A stretch of DNA of 64,000 nucleotides. Source: Candidatus Poribacteria bacterium (GTDB taxonomy: Bacteria; Poribacteria; WGA-4E; PCPOR2b). Position numbers and translations under genes: made by a program. The first letter of the stretch is position 1. Each line of letters opens with the position of its first letter. The notes beneath the pieces were generated by a model, which saw only the letters and a list, made by a program, of their open reading frames with translations, was not told the DNA's origin and ran no database searches. The DNA lies in contig OZ242036.1 of NCBI GenBank assembly GCA_965205075.1, forward strand, positions 3,196,795 to 3,260,794, given 5' to 3'. Shown here in pieces: positions 9,968 through 19,434 of the stretch.

Positions 9968-11032
9968 ATGAAAAAAAATATAATCCTTCTATTGACAACA
10001 GCAGCTTTTATACTGTTCGGCTGTGCCCGAGATTCGGGGGAGGTCAATGCGATTGCATCGACGATAGATTATTCGGACGATCGCATCCTCACAGTTCTAC
10101 CGTATGATGCGATTCCTGCAATCCTAAATCCCGAATTCGTCTCTGCCAATAAAGCGAAACTAGCGGATAACTCGCCGGTGATTGGTGTTAGTTTCAATGG
10201 GGAAAGCCGCGCCTATTCGATCCATCTGCTCAACGGACACGAAATCGTCAACGATGAGGTCGGCGGCGTTAAGATTGCAACGACGTGGTGACCACTTTGC
10301 AAAACGGCTATCGTGTATAGTCGTGAACTTGACGGAAAAACCTACACCTTTGGCGTTTCCGGCAAACTCTTTCGCGATGCGCTGCTTATGTATGACCACC
10401 AAACCCGGACGCTCTGGTCACACATTACCGGCGAAGCCGTGCAAGGCGAGCTCAAGGGTAAACGGTTAAAGATGTTAGCTGGCACACCGCGAATCACATG
10501 GAAGGCCTGGAAACGCAACCAGCCATTGACAAAAGTGCTCTCTGTGGCAAACGATTTTCGTGGTCCGGAGAGACACCTCCAAGATATAAGAACCGATAAC
10601 TACGCTATGTATCATGCTAGTTCCGACGCAGGCATAAGCGGCACACAATATACCGACGACCGCTTGATGAACAAGGAGCTAGTTGTTGGCGTCCGCATCA
10701 ATGAGAGCTATCGCGCTTATCCTTTCACAACTTTCAAGAAGAAGTCAATTATCAATGACGAAGTAGGTGACGTGCCGGTGCTAGCCTTTCACGATTTGGA
10801 CTCGAATGCAACTGCCGTTTTTCTCCGCGTTGTAGATGAACAAACATTGAGGTTTGAGCCGGCGCGAGGTTACTTTGTTAAAGATGTTACAACGAAGACA
10901 ACATGGAATCTTATCACAGGGATGGCAACGAAGGGCAAACTTAAAGGACACACACTAGAGCGATTGCCAGCGATGAATATCTACTGGTTTGCTTGGGCGC
11001 GTTACCATCCTGAAACAACTGTCTACAACTAA
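9968..11032 (+). CDS. DUF3179 family secreted protein with an in-frame TGA (10289-10291) at the Cys of the conserved W-C-P-L-C motif; candidate selenoprotein (UxxC) or pseudogene
   Basis: ORFs 9968-10291 and 10313-11032 are in the same frame. The sequence reads TTW-TGA-PLCKTAIVYSRELDGKTYTFGVSGKLF, matching the DUF3179 CPLC core. Signal peptide with lipobox LFGC. Other genes in the window terminate at TGA, so a global TGA reassignment is unlikely. Confidence 0.5.
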
Positions 11033-11234
11033 GGTTTTATTGCTTACCGTAATACACAGGTTTGGCGAAAATCCCTCCAAGTAAGAGCCGTCCAGAAGGC
11101 GGGAAGGATAGTCCACTCTTCCCTCCGTCCAGCTACATTTCCTACCGCCCCAACGGCACCACATGCTTGATATTATATCACAATTATTGATTTTGATGGG
11201 AAAGTTTGTTTTCCCATAGATCTGCAATTTTAAC

Positions 11235-11263
11235 TTGACTACTTCACGTTTGTGTGGTATAAT
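11235..11263 (+). promoter_or_regulatory. Consensus sigma70 promoter TTGACT-N17-TATAAT
   Basis: ttgact at 11235-11240, a 17-nt spacer, tataat at 11258-11263. The nearest downstream gene starts 290 nt away at 11551. Confidence 0.5.
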
Positions 11264-11550
11264 TCACGATAAGAAAAACGAGTTTTACCTTTTTGTGAAC
11301 ATTCCAACATGTAAATCTTCCGAAAATGAAGATATTCTGAAGAAAAATGGGCACAGGGAGTTATTTAGGGATTGGTAATTCAATCAGTCATTCAATCCCT
11401 CTAACTCTCCCTGTTACCCCTGGAAACAGGGACCCTCTTTCGTAAGAGGGCAAATTGTGAGCAAGGGAAATGTATGAGCGATTAAATTCTTATTTCTTGA
11501 CGCTAAATCACCAGATGATTTTAACGTCAACCGGAACAGGAGGCTGAATC

Positions 11551-12465
11551 ATGAAATGTTGTAGAATCAGTTTGATTTTCTTGGGAATTGTCAGTGCGAT
11601 AGTTATTGGAGTCGTAGCTGAAGGACAGGAGACAGGTTACTTTATTGAGCAACTGCAGAACAAAAAAGAGATAGTTGAGGTTCGGCGCAAAGCTGCTTAT
11701 GCGTTAGGGCAGATTGGTGATCCAGCCGCTATCACAGTGTTGGTTAAGTCATTGAAGGATGAGCGTGGCGAGGTTCGGGCTGCGGCTGCCTCTGCTTTAG
11801 TGCGGATAGGTTCCCTTACTGTGCCTGAACTTATACGATCGCTGAATAGCAAAGATGCTGTTGTTCGTTCCACTGCGGCTTATGCCTTGGGTCGGATTGG
11901 TGAGCCCAATGCGATCCCCGCGTTGGTGCAGTTATTGAATGACGAACGATGGGAAGTCCGTCAAAATGCCGCTTCGGCATTGGGGAAAATTGACCAATCG
12001 TCTCAAACAGTTGTGTTCACCTTAATTCAAGGGTTGAGCGATAAGCATATCAATGTACGCATCTCGGCGGCTTCGATGTTGGGGCAGATTGGTGCACCGG
12101 CTGAAGCAGCTATTCCTGGGTTGGCGTACGCACTTAACCATCAACAGGTAACCCTTCGTGGTACTGCAGCGTATGCCTTGGGTCAGATTGGCGTACCGAC
12201 GCGAACGGCTGTTGCTGCGTTGATAAACGCGTTAAATGATGAGTCGCTGTGGGTACGCGCCAACGCCGCTTATGCGTTGGCTCAAGTCGACAATTCCAAA
12301 CACGAGATGGCGACCCACGCCTTGACAGAAGTGCTAAGTTGTAAAGTGGCTGGGGTTCGTTTGTACGCAGCGCGAGCACTAGCTGCTATGGATGACATCT
12401 CTCAACCCCGATTTTATCGGGATTCAAAGCAACCTGCGGTGATCGAGATCGCAAGTAAAGAGTAA
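11551..12465 (+). CDS. HEAT-repeat (PBS-lyase type) protein
   Basis: Tandem about 31-aa repeats of the type VRxxAAxALGxIGxPxAIPxLxxxLxD. RBS AGGAGG 7 nt upstream. Confidence 0.75.
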   Translation: MKCCRISLIFLGIVSAIVIGVVAEGQETGYFIEQLQNKKEIVEVRRKAAYALGQIGDPAAITVLVKSLKDERGEVRAAAASALVRIGSLTVPELIRSLNSKDAVVRSTAAYALGRIGEPNAIPALVQLLNDERWEVRQNAASALGKIDQSSQTVVFTLIQGLSDKHINVRISAASMLGQIGAPAEAAIPGLAYALNHQQVTLRGTAAYALGQIGVPTRTAVAALINALNDESLWVRANAAYALAQVDNSKHEMATHALTEVLSCKVAGVRLYAARALAAMDDISQPRFYRDSKQPAVIEIASKE

Positions 12466-12509
12466 GGCTTGCTTGAACTTGTAAGGTCTCGTTTCGTGGG
12501 ACCGAAGAT

Positions 12510-12542
12510 ATCTGCCTTCTGATATAGCATCAGGAGGCAGAT
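12510..12542 (+). terminator. Very stable 14-bp hairpin (ATCTGCCTTCTGAT-atagc-ATCAGGAGGCAGAT), 45 nt downstream of the HEAT gene; possible terminator lacking a U-tract, or a REP-like element
   Basis: 14 bp paired (one G-U), 5-nt loop. No T-run follows. Confidence 0.3.
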
Positions 12543-12583
12543 CCAATTCGAGAGCTAAATAGTCCGGTTCCAAAACTATACGA

Positions 12584-12612
12584 TTGCACAATCGCCAAAA
12601 ATGGAGTAAAAT
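12584..12612 (+). promoter_or_regulatory. Sigma70-like promoter TTGCAC-N17-TAAAAT
   Basis: Located 65 nt upstream of the Gfo gene ATG at 12677. Confidence 0.4.
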
Positions 12613-12676
12613 CTTCTGTGTAATGTACCAAAGTACTTGAGCCATAAATACCCTCAAAGTAAAAAGGGAGCTGCAG

Positions 12677-13774
12677 ATGAAGGATCGATTAAGAGTTGGC
12701 ATTGTTGGCGCGCGTAGAGGAGCCGGGCATATCCGTCCCTTCACAACCATTACAGAAACAGAGGTAACCGCAATCTGCGATCTGAACGAAGAGACTCTTC
12801 ATGAGGTCGGAGATCGATATGGTGTTCCGAAACGGTTCATGGACTATGAACAGATGCTCGCGGATGATATTGATATCGTTGTGCTAGGGACACCCGAAAA
12901 TCTGCATGTGCCGCAGTCTATTTCGGGGCTGGAGGCAGGGAAGCATGTCGTCAGCGAGGTGACGGCGGCAACCTCCATGGATCAGTGCTATGAGTTGGTC
13001 AGGGCAGTAAGAAAGAGCAAAACGAAGTATATGATGGCGGAGAACAAGTGCTATACACGGTCAAGCATGTTAATTGGAAACATGGTGCGTCAAGGCTTGT
13101 TCGGAGACATTTACTTTGGTGAGGGCGAATATCTCCATGACATCAAAGTGCTGCATCACGACAGCAGTGGCAATCCGACTTGGCGATACTATTGGCAGGT
13201 CGGTATAAACCGATGTAACTATGCGACGCATAGCCTTGGTCCGGTGATGGACTGGTTCAACGAACGGGTTGTTTCGGTGTGTTGTCTCGGAACTGGTGTA
13301 CACACCGATCCGGAACATGCCATGGAAGACACAGTAATGATGTTGTGCAAGACCGAGAGTGGGGCTCTGATTAAGATCCGAATTGATATGCTCTCCAATC
13401 GTCCGGCGAACTCATACCTGAGTTTGCAGGGAACAAAGGGCTGTTATGAAGGCACACGAGGAATGAGGGACGTAGAAAAGGTTTGGTTGGCAGATTACCA
13501 CCAACAGGGTGGGTGGCAGCCGTTAGCAGACTTTGAGGATGAGTTTCTGCCAGAAAGTTGGAAAAATCCGCCGGCGGAAGCCGTGAAGGCTGGAGATGTG
13601 ACCGAGGAGTATTTTGAGATGCGCGGTTTTGTCGATAGCATCATTAACGACACCAAGCCGCCAATTGATGTCTATGACGCTATGGATTTGACAGTGCCGG
13701 GGCTGCTCTCTGAGGAATCAATTGCAAATGGTGGAAAGCCCGTTGAGGTGCCTGATTTTCGGGAGATTGACTAG
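12677..13774 (+). CDS. Gfo/Idh/MocA family oxidoreductase
   Basis: N-terminal VGIVGARRGAGH Rossmann region and overall family architecture, 365 aa. Confidence 0.8.
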   Translation: MKDRLRVGIVGARRGAGHIRPFTTITETEVTAICDLNEETLHEVGDRYGVPKRFMDYEQMLADDIDIVVLGTPENLHVPQSISGLEAGKHVVSEVTAATSMDQCYELVRAVRKSKTKYMMAENKCYTRSSMLIGNMVRQGLFGDIYFGEGEYLHDIKVLHHDSSGNPTWRYYWQVGINRCNYATHSLGPVMDWFNERVVSVCCLGTGVHTDPEHAMEDTVMMLCKTESGALIKIRIDMLSNRPANSYLSLQGTKGCYEGTRGMRDVEKVWLADYHQQGGWQPLADFEDEFLPESWKNPPAEAVKAGDVTEEYFEMRGFVDSIINDTKPPIDVYDAMDLTVPGLLSEESIANGGKPVEVPDFREID

Positions 13775-13856
13775 CCTGAGTCGTACGATGAATGAGAGGG
13801 ATTGGGACCTCCCTAATCCCTCAGCGACGTTTGCTGTATTGAAGACATTTCTCACC

Positions 13857-15251
13857 TCAGAAATTGAGCCTGAAACCGGCTTCGACCGAAGTTTTCTGAA
13901 TTGGCTCAAACTGTGTCTCACCCGCCGCATCTTCTACCCGCCGGAAACGGTACTCGCGGAGAACGGCAATCTCAAACCTCGGAAAGATCTCATATCCGAT
14001 TCGCACGATGAACGCAGATTTACTATCGAGACGGAAGAGATCCTCGAAAAAGCCCGGATCTTCCCCCCTCTCAAGATCTGGTTCGCCGATGTTGCGTTTG
14101 AGATAGAATGCCCGGAACGACATCCGTTCAACTACCCCAGATTCCGTGATGCCAAGGTATAACTTTGGCTCCGTGTTGGTATAGTCCTCAAAAGTCGTTA
14201 TGAAATTGATCTGCGGAATCGGTCTAACGGCGATCATAGAAAAATAACCTTGTCGTGCCTGACCTTCACCGCCCTCATTCTCCAACCCCCAAAAGTCAGG
14301 AATATCTTCGGCAGCATCGTAAGCGTAGTCAAAGATAGTTGGATAAAACTGATCGCTAAAAATACGGTATTCAACCTTAAAGAGGGCTTGCGAAAGCGAC
14401 ACACCGATTCCGATAGCATTTCCTATCGCCACATCGGTTATCTCATCAATCTCCTCCGCTTTCGTTTCCGGTTTCGTGTTTAAGACTGCTATATCATCGT
14501 ATATATCCAAACGCATTGACTTGTTGTGAATAAGCGGGAAACCAATATCAACCCCCAATGCGATAAGCGGATCTCCGCCTGGAATCAAAGTTAGATCGGG
14601 TTCGATGTCTGTTAGATAGGTTGCGCCAAATTCAAGACTATTAAGAAGTGGTATGCCGCCCTCCTCCTGTTGCAAAGGACGTACAAACAACCGTCCGCCG
14701 AAAACAGTTGGATCACCGACGTTGTTGAGGATTGTCTCAATCCCAATCTTTTTTGTCTCTGAACTAAGGTTGAGACGCAAGCCCCGGCGGTCATAGTTTG
14801 AATAACCTGACATAATGAACCCGTGCCCAATAGTGGCGTAGTCCAACGCGCCGAAACGGGTGTAAAACGATTCACTAAGATGACCGTAACGCACATAGCG
14901 CACAACCCGCAAGACGGTACTTATGTCGTCCCACGTCTCGCCGTCCTCAGCGAGAATTGTGTGTTCGTCATCCTCAGAGGAACTATAAAGTAGTACAAGA
15001 CCGAGTCCAAAGCCGACTTTGCCGAGATCTATCTCCGGCTGCAACTGAAATCGCAAGAACGGTTCGCCATCAATGAAGGTGAACCCAAGTCCCGAAAGTT
15101 CTCCCCTACTCAAAGCCATTTCTTCTGGATTCGGTGGTCCCCCATATGACAGCGCTGTTTCGCCTGCAATCTCATTTTGGCCATAGGTTGTCAAGCCAAA
15201 GCCCAATAATAAAATTCCTATCCAAATGGCAACGCACTTGCTCCTGTTCAT
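13857..15251 (-). CDS. Outer-membrane beta-barrel protein (hypothetical)
   Basis: Signal peptide MNRSKCVAIWIGILLLGFGLTTYGQ. Alternating amphipathic beta-strand pattern. C-terminal ...AGFRLNF ends in Phe, as in the OMP targeting signature. Start re-placed to ATG 15251. Confidence 0.55.
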   Translation of the reverse strand: MNRSKCVAIWIGILLLGFGLTTYGQNEIAGETALSYGGPPNPEEMALSRGELSGLGFTFIDGEPFLRFQLQPEIDLGKVGFGLGLVLLYSSSEDDEHTILAEDGETWDDISTVLRVVRYVRYGHLSESFYTRFGALDYATIGHGFIMSGYSNYDRRGLRLNLSSETKKIGIETILNNVGDPTVFGGRLFVRPLQQEEGGIPLLNSLEFGATYLTDIEPDLTLIPGGDPLIALGVDIGFPLIHNKSMRLDIYDDIAVLNTKPETKAEEIDEITDVAIGNAIGIGVSLSQALFKVEYRIFSDQFYPTIFDYAYDAAEDIPDFWGLENEGGEGQARQGYFSMIAVRPIPQINFITTFEDYTNTEPKLYLGITESGVVERMSFRAFYLKRNIGEPDLERGEDPGFFEDLFRLDSKSAFIVRIGYEIFPRFEIAVLREYRFRRVEDAAGETQFEPIQKTSVEAGFRLNF

Positions 15252-15517
15252 AAAATTCCTTAAAAAAAATAAGTTGGGACTTACGCAGCTGAACGATGAG
15301 ATGTTGTAATTCAATGTTTCAGCGCCAATGCGGGGCAAGATGCCCCGCCTACGATGGGGGTGGAGTCTGAAAATGCCCCCCGATAGGATCGGGATGCAAG
15401 CACTTGACGCACAATGAATTGCGCTACTACAAACTCAAGTGGGTAAGTCCTATAAGTATTGTATAAGTTCTTGTCCAAGTAGACGCTTCTCTCCACCGAT
15501 TTGTAGTGAGATTCCTC

Positions 15518-16111
15518 TTATTCAAAGACGCGGAACAGAATATCAAAAACCGGATGATCATCAACGCGATGGCTAAATTGATCCCGACACAGCGTTATCT
15601 TTCCGCGCCCGCTTTGGAACTTGAGTCGTATTTTAATTGTAGTACTCGGAATCAACGCATCAAGTGCAAAAACTTCATAAAAGTCTTGTCGTTCTTCCGG
15701 TTTGAGACTGATGGGGAGGCTGTTGCGAAGTAAACTTGGAAAGAGCACCGCGTGCGGTACTTGGTATAACTCCGTATCTTGCCACCTGTGTCCAATTTTC
15801 GCTTGGAACTGGCAGGCTTGAATTGTAATAGGAACCTGATCGCCCTCGTTATAGATCCGACACGAAACGAGAAACAGTAGATGTCCACCGCGTGTGATAA
15901 AGCAGTTTGCCTGTTTTGTTAGTAGCTCGACCCTGAGATGGTTTCCGCGTCGTCTTCGACTGTGGGTTCGCCTGCCAGCGCGGTCTGCATGGAGGTCATA
16001 GACCCATTTAGAGGCAGCAAGTATAACGGCGATGATACTGAGGATGAGGGCAATTGTCGCATGGTCCATTGGCGATTCAAAGTTATCCTTACTTGATGAA
16101 ACGTAAGCCAC
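15518..16111 (-). CDS. Hypothetical membrane-anchored protein (single N-terminal TM helix)
   Basis: A TM segment IALILSIIAVILAA is followed by a soluble domain of about 150 aa. Co-oriented with the ABC exporter cluster. Confidence 0.4.
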   Translation of the reverse strand: MAYVSSSKDNFESPMDHATIALILSIIAVILAASKWVYDLHADRAGRRTHSRRRRGNHLRVELLTKQANCFITRGGHLLFLVSCRIYNEGDQVPITIQACQFQAKIGHRWQDTELYQVPHAVLFPSLLRNSLPISLKPEERQDFYEVFALDALIPSTTIKIRLKFQSGRGKITLCRDQFSHRVDDHPVFDILFRVFE

Positions 16112-16134
16112 TTTTCCATTTCACGTTTTACCCG

Positions 16135-16644
16135 TTAAATCTGTGTTTCAAGGAGGGCTATGCTCTTCGGATCTAGCCGATGGTAGTTGACAATTTCGTA
16201 TCGATTCCCATCAATATCTTTAATCAGCACCCGTCCGCTATCAAGTGAGGTGATGTCATTCCGAGAACGGAGATCGAAAGAAACGAGTCCTGCTTCAGTT
16301 TCAGCGGCCCACTCAGTGACGCCGAACCGTCCCGCAAGGTCATGAATCTTTGTAATTTTTGGCATAAAATAGCATTTTTCCAATTCTTCCGCTAGGACTG
16401 TCTGATCTGTTTTGTTTAACTGCTTTATGTCCTCAATTAGGCCCAACTCGTTTTTGTCGGCGTCAAGGAGACTGATATACTGATCCGGTTGGGTCAATGG
16501 AAACGTGCGCACCGGCTCAACCGGTGTGTGAACTGAGCCGTCCGGCAGTTCCGCTTCCAATTCTGCAAATTGGTTCCGGCTAATTTTCACCAGCTTAGGA
16601 TCAAGAAATTGGACTTCATCTTCGATCCGAATGGGTTGTTCCAC
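16135..16644 (-). CDS. Small cytoplasmic accessory protein, DUF1854-like (this family is found next to ABC exporters)
   Basis: 169 aa. RBS AAAGGAG precedes an internal GTG. Positioned immediately downstream of the ABC ATPase/permease. Family assignment is from memory and is low-confidence. Confidence 0.4.
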   Translation of the reverse strand: MEQPIRIEDEVQFLDPKLVKISRNQFAELEAELPDGSVHTPVEPVRTFPLTQPDQYISLLDADKNELGLIEDIKQLNKTDQTVLAEELEKCYFMPKITKIHDLAGRFGVTEWAAETEAGLVSFDLRSRNDITSLDSGRVLIKDIDGNRYEIVNYHRLDPKSIALLETQI

Positions 16645-16671
16645 TGTATCTACTCCTTTCACATCTCATTT

Positions 16672-19038
16672 TTACCACGCCCGAATCTTTGAGAGTTCTG
16701 TCTGCTTTTCGCATAGGTTGGCATACGTTCCACCTTCGGCGATCAACTCTTCGTGTGTACCAATCTCATCAATTTGCCCTTCTTTGAGGACAACCAGACG
16801 ATTAGAATGTTTGAGTGTCGAAAGGCGGTGGGCGATTGCGAAGACTGTCCGCCCCTGAATCAGCCGTCCCAACGCCTCTTGGATTCTTGATTCGGTCTCC
16901 GTATCAACAGACGAAGTAGCTTCATCGAGGATGAGAATGCGCGGATTTTTGAGGATCGCGCGAGCGATGGAGATCCGTTGACGTTCTCCACCAGAGACGC
17001 GTGCCCCCCTTTCACCAACCGTCGTATCGTAACCATCAGGGAATTTAACGATAAAGTCGTGGGCGTTTGCGGCTTTTGCCGCAGCGATAATCTCTTGGCG
17101 AGTTGCATCCGGTTTGCCATAACCGATATTGTCAGCGACGGAGCCTTCAAACAGGAATGGTTCCTGCAGCACCACGCCAATCTGCCCTCGCAGAGACCTG
17201 AGTTCAATATCGCGGCTATCATGCCCGTCAATAAGAATTTCACCCTCGTTGGGATCATAGAATCGGGTCACTAAATTGATGAGGGTACTTTTGCCTGCGC
17301 CGCTATGTCCGACGAGCCCAATCATCTCTCCCGGCTGGGTGGTAAAACTGATGCCATTGATAGCGTTTTTCTCACCATCGTAAGAGAAGAAAACGTCACG
17401 AAATTCGACCTGCCCCCGCATATTCGGAAGGCGAACAGCGTCTTTACGACTCGCAACGCTAGGCGGTGTGTCAAGGACCTCAAAGACCCGCTCAGCAGAC
17501 GTCGCAGCTCTCAGGAATCGACGGTTCATCTGAGCGAGTGTTCGTACGGGTTGTAAAAACCGCGTCATATAAGTCATGAATAGCGTAATTTCACCGAGCG
17601 TTAAGTCTCCATTGAGGATCTGCCGCCCTCCAACCAACCAGATGAGTACAGTCCCCAAATAGGTCATAAAGGTCATGATTGGCTGATAAAGTGTCCACAG
17701 TTTGGCGGCATTCATTTCTCCTTCAAAAACCTGATGGGTCTGCTCTTGAAAGCGATCGACTTCGTATTTCTCACGGGTGAATGCCTTAACAACCCGTATC
17801 CCCGGAATTGTACTTGCCAAAATTGTGCTAATCCCAGCGTAGCGCCTCCACAAGACGTGGAAAACCTTGGACATTTTGTGTCCAAAATAGAATGAGAAAA
17901 GGATAATGAAGGGAATCGGAAGCAACACCCAGAGTGCCAGCTGCCAGTTCACGGTAAACATGATAATGCACATAAAAATCAGCGTCATTGAATCGCCGAT
18001 AATATCCTGCAGCCCTTCAGCGATGAAGTCACGCAGCCGTCCGACATCCTGAGTGATGCGTGACATAAGATTCCCCGTCTCCCGCTGTTGGTAGAAGTCG
18101 AGTGAAAGGATACTCATGTGCTGATAGGCATCATTCCGCAATGTCAAGGTGATACGCTGCCCGACCCACGCCATCATGTACCCCCGAACTGCTGAGAAAG
18201 CTGCCGTAAAAACGTGTAATCCAACCATCAGAAGCACAATCATTACCACTTGTCCAAACGCGCCCGGCTGGACCGGCTGTCCTCCCGTCATTGCCATTGT
18301 TGCGGGAACGAGGATGTCATCAATCAGTTGCTGAACCAGAATAGGAGGATAAACGTCAACAAACCGGATAACCAGCATAACTAGTAACGCTGGAACAGAA
18401 ACCTTCCAAAATGGGAGGGCGTACTTTAGCAAGCGGACGAGGAGTTTCCCTTTTTCAACGCAGTTCGGGCAAACATCAGACCACCGTGGGATCGGGCGCC
18501 CACAGGTTTCACATCGAATTTTCTTTTTTCCGGGATCGACATATTTCCGACGCCGCTTAGATTTGTCCGCTTCTTCCGGCTTAACCTTGTCAATTAAAGA
18601 TTCGATTTCTGGGGTCGCTTCGGCAAATTTGGGAACGAACCGCTTGGAGTAGCGAGCAATTTCAAATGCTCCCTCTGCGGTTCGCACTTTCATGAAATTA
18701 TTGCCGTATAACTCTCGTATTTCGATTCTGTCAATGGTTTCGAGCGCAATATTTTGGATTTCAGGTCCGGGCACACCGTTTTGGTTAAAAGCGAGTAGGC
18801 GTTTCTCCGTCGCTAACACCCAATCTTTCCCGTAAGTGCCATCAAACTGTAAATCTGTAGAAATAGCAATTTTAATCTCTTCTTCTCCATCTAGCAAATC
18901 TTCAAGCTGATCTTGGAGCTCTGCTGGCACTTCCTCTAAAATTGTCATCTCTACATCGGGCCGTCTAACGTTGTTCCTTCTACCGGAAGAACGAGCCATT
19001 CGATGCATGTCTCGTCTAGAAAATCCCCCGCTGTGCAT
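16672..19038 (-). CDS. ABC transporter ATP-binding/permease fusion (type I exporter) with an N-terminal PH-like cytoplasmic domain and a C4 zinc ribbon
   Basis: Walker A GHSGAGKST, signature VSGGERQRISIARA, Walker B ILILDEATSSVD, H-loop AIAHRLST. Six predicted TM helices. N-terminal domain of about 150 aa followed by CETCGRPIPRWSDVCPNC. Start placed at ATG 19038 after RBS GAGGAGG. Confidence 0.85.
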   Translation of the reverse strand: MHSGGFSRRDMHRMARSSGRRNNVRRPDVEMTILEEVPAELQDQLEDLLDGEEEIKIAISTDLQFDGTYGKDWVLATEKRLLAFNQNGVPGPEIQNIALETIDRIEIRELYGNNFMKVRTAEGAFEIARYSKRFVPKFAEATPEIESLIDKVKPEEADKSKRRRKYVDPGKKKIRCETCGRPIPRWSDVCPNCVEKGKLLVRLLKYALPFWKVSVPALLVMLVIRFVDVYPPILVQQLIDDILVPATMAMTGGQPVQPGAFGQVVMIVLLMVGLHVFTAAFSAVRGYMMAWVGQRITLTLRNDAYQHMSILSLDFYQQRETGNLMSRITQDVGRLRDFIAEGLQDIIGDSMTLIFMCIIMFTVNWQLALWVLLPIPFIILFSFYFGHKMSKVFHVLWRRYAGISTILASTIPGIRVVKAFTREKYEVDRFQEQTHQVFEGEMNAAKLWTLYQPIMTFMTYLGTVLIWLVGGRQILNGDLTLGEITLFMTYMTRFLQPVRTLAQMNRRFLRAATSAERVFEVLDTPPSVASRKDAVRLPNMRGQVEFRDVFFSYDGEKNAINGISFTTQPGEMIGLVGHSGAGKSTLINLVTRFYDPNEGEILIDGHDSRDIELRSLRGQIGVVLQEPFLFEGSVADNIGYGKPDATRQEIIAAAKAANAHDFIVKFPDGYDTTVGERGARVSGGERQRISIARAILKNPRILILDEATSSVDTETESRIQEALGRLIQGRTVFAIAHRLSTLKHSNRLVVLKEGQIDEIGTHEELIAEGGTYANLCEKQTELSKIRAW

Positions 19039-19434
19039 AAAAAACCTCCTCACTGAAGCACACAAACGCAAACCGTACCGACAAATTTTGGTGCGGTTCT
19101 TTTTGGACGATGGAACATAGAAAATGTTGAGGAGAAATTGGGGATGAGCGAGACGAAGCAACAGGTAGAATCAGAAACGATTCAGAGAAGGGAAAGAAAC
19201 TGAACTTCTGCGAATAGGGCATACGATTGGGAAGAAAATCTGACCGACGTACCTATGATCTCTGAAAGGGAAGGAAGATTTCAATGACCAATCGTCAACT
19301 CACGGTGCTGTCAGGTTGCAGATTCTTCACCGGTACTCGGACGAGTCGACAGCACCGGAGCTTATGATTGCTCTGAAATAGGGGGAATCGGTGTTTCACA
19401 AAGAATGAGGTGTGTCAGGAGGTGTATAGTTGGA

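Noticed and set aside
9968-10291. Genome-wide TGA reassignment (translation table 4 or 25) as the explanation for the in-frame TGA
   Set aside because: Several well-supported genes in the window terminate at TGA with no plausible extension (for example, 2285-2287 and 6610-6612). The TGA is therefore either Sec-specific recoding or a genuine nonsense codon.
13722-14162. 146-aa plus-strand ORF
   Set aside because: It overlaps the end of the Gfo gene and lies antisense to the outer-membrane barrel gene, which has signal-peptide and C-terminal Phe support.
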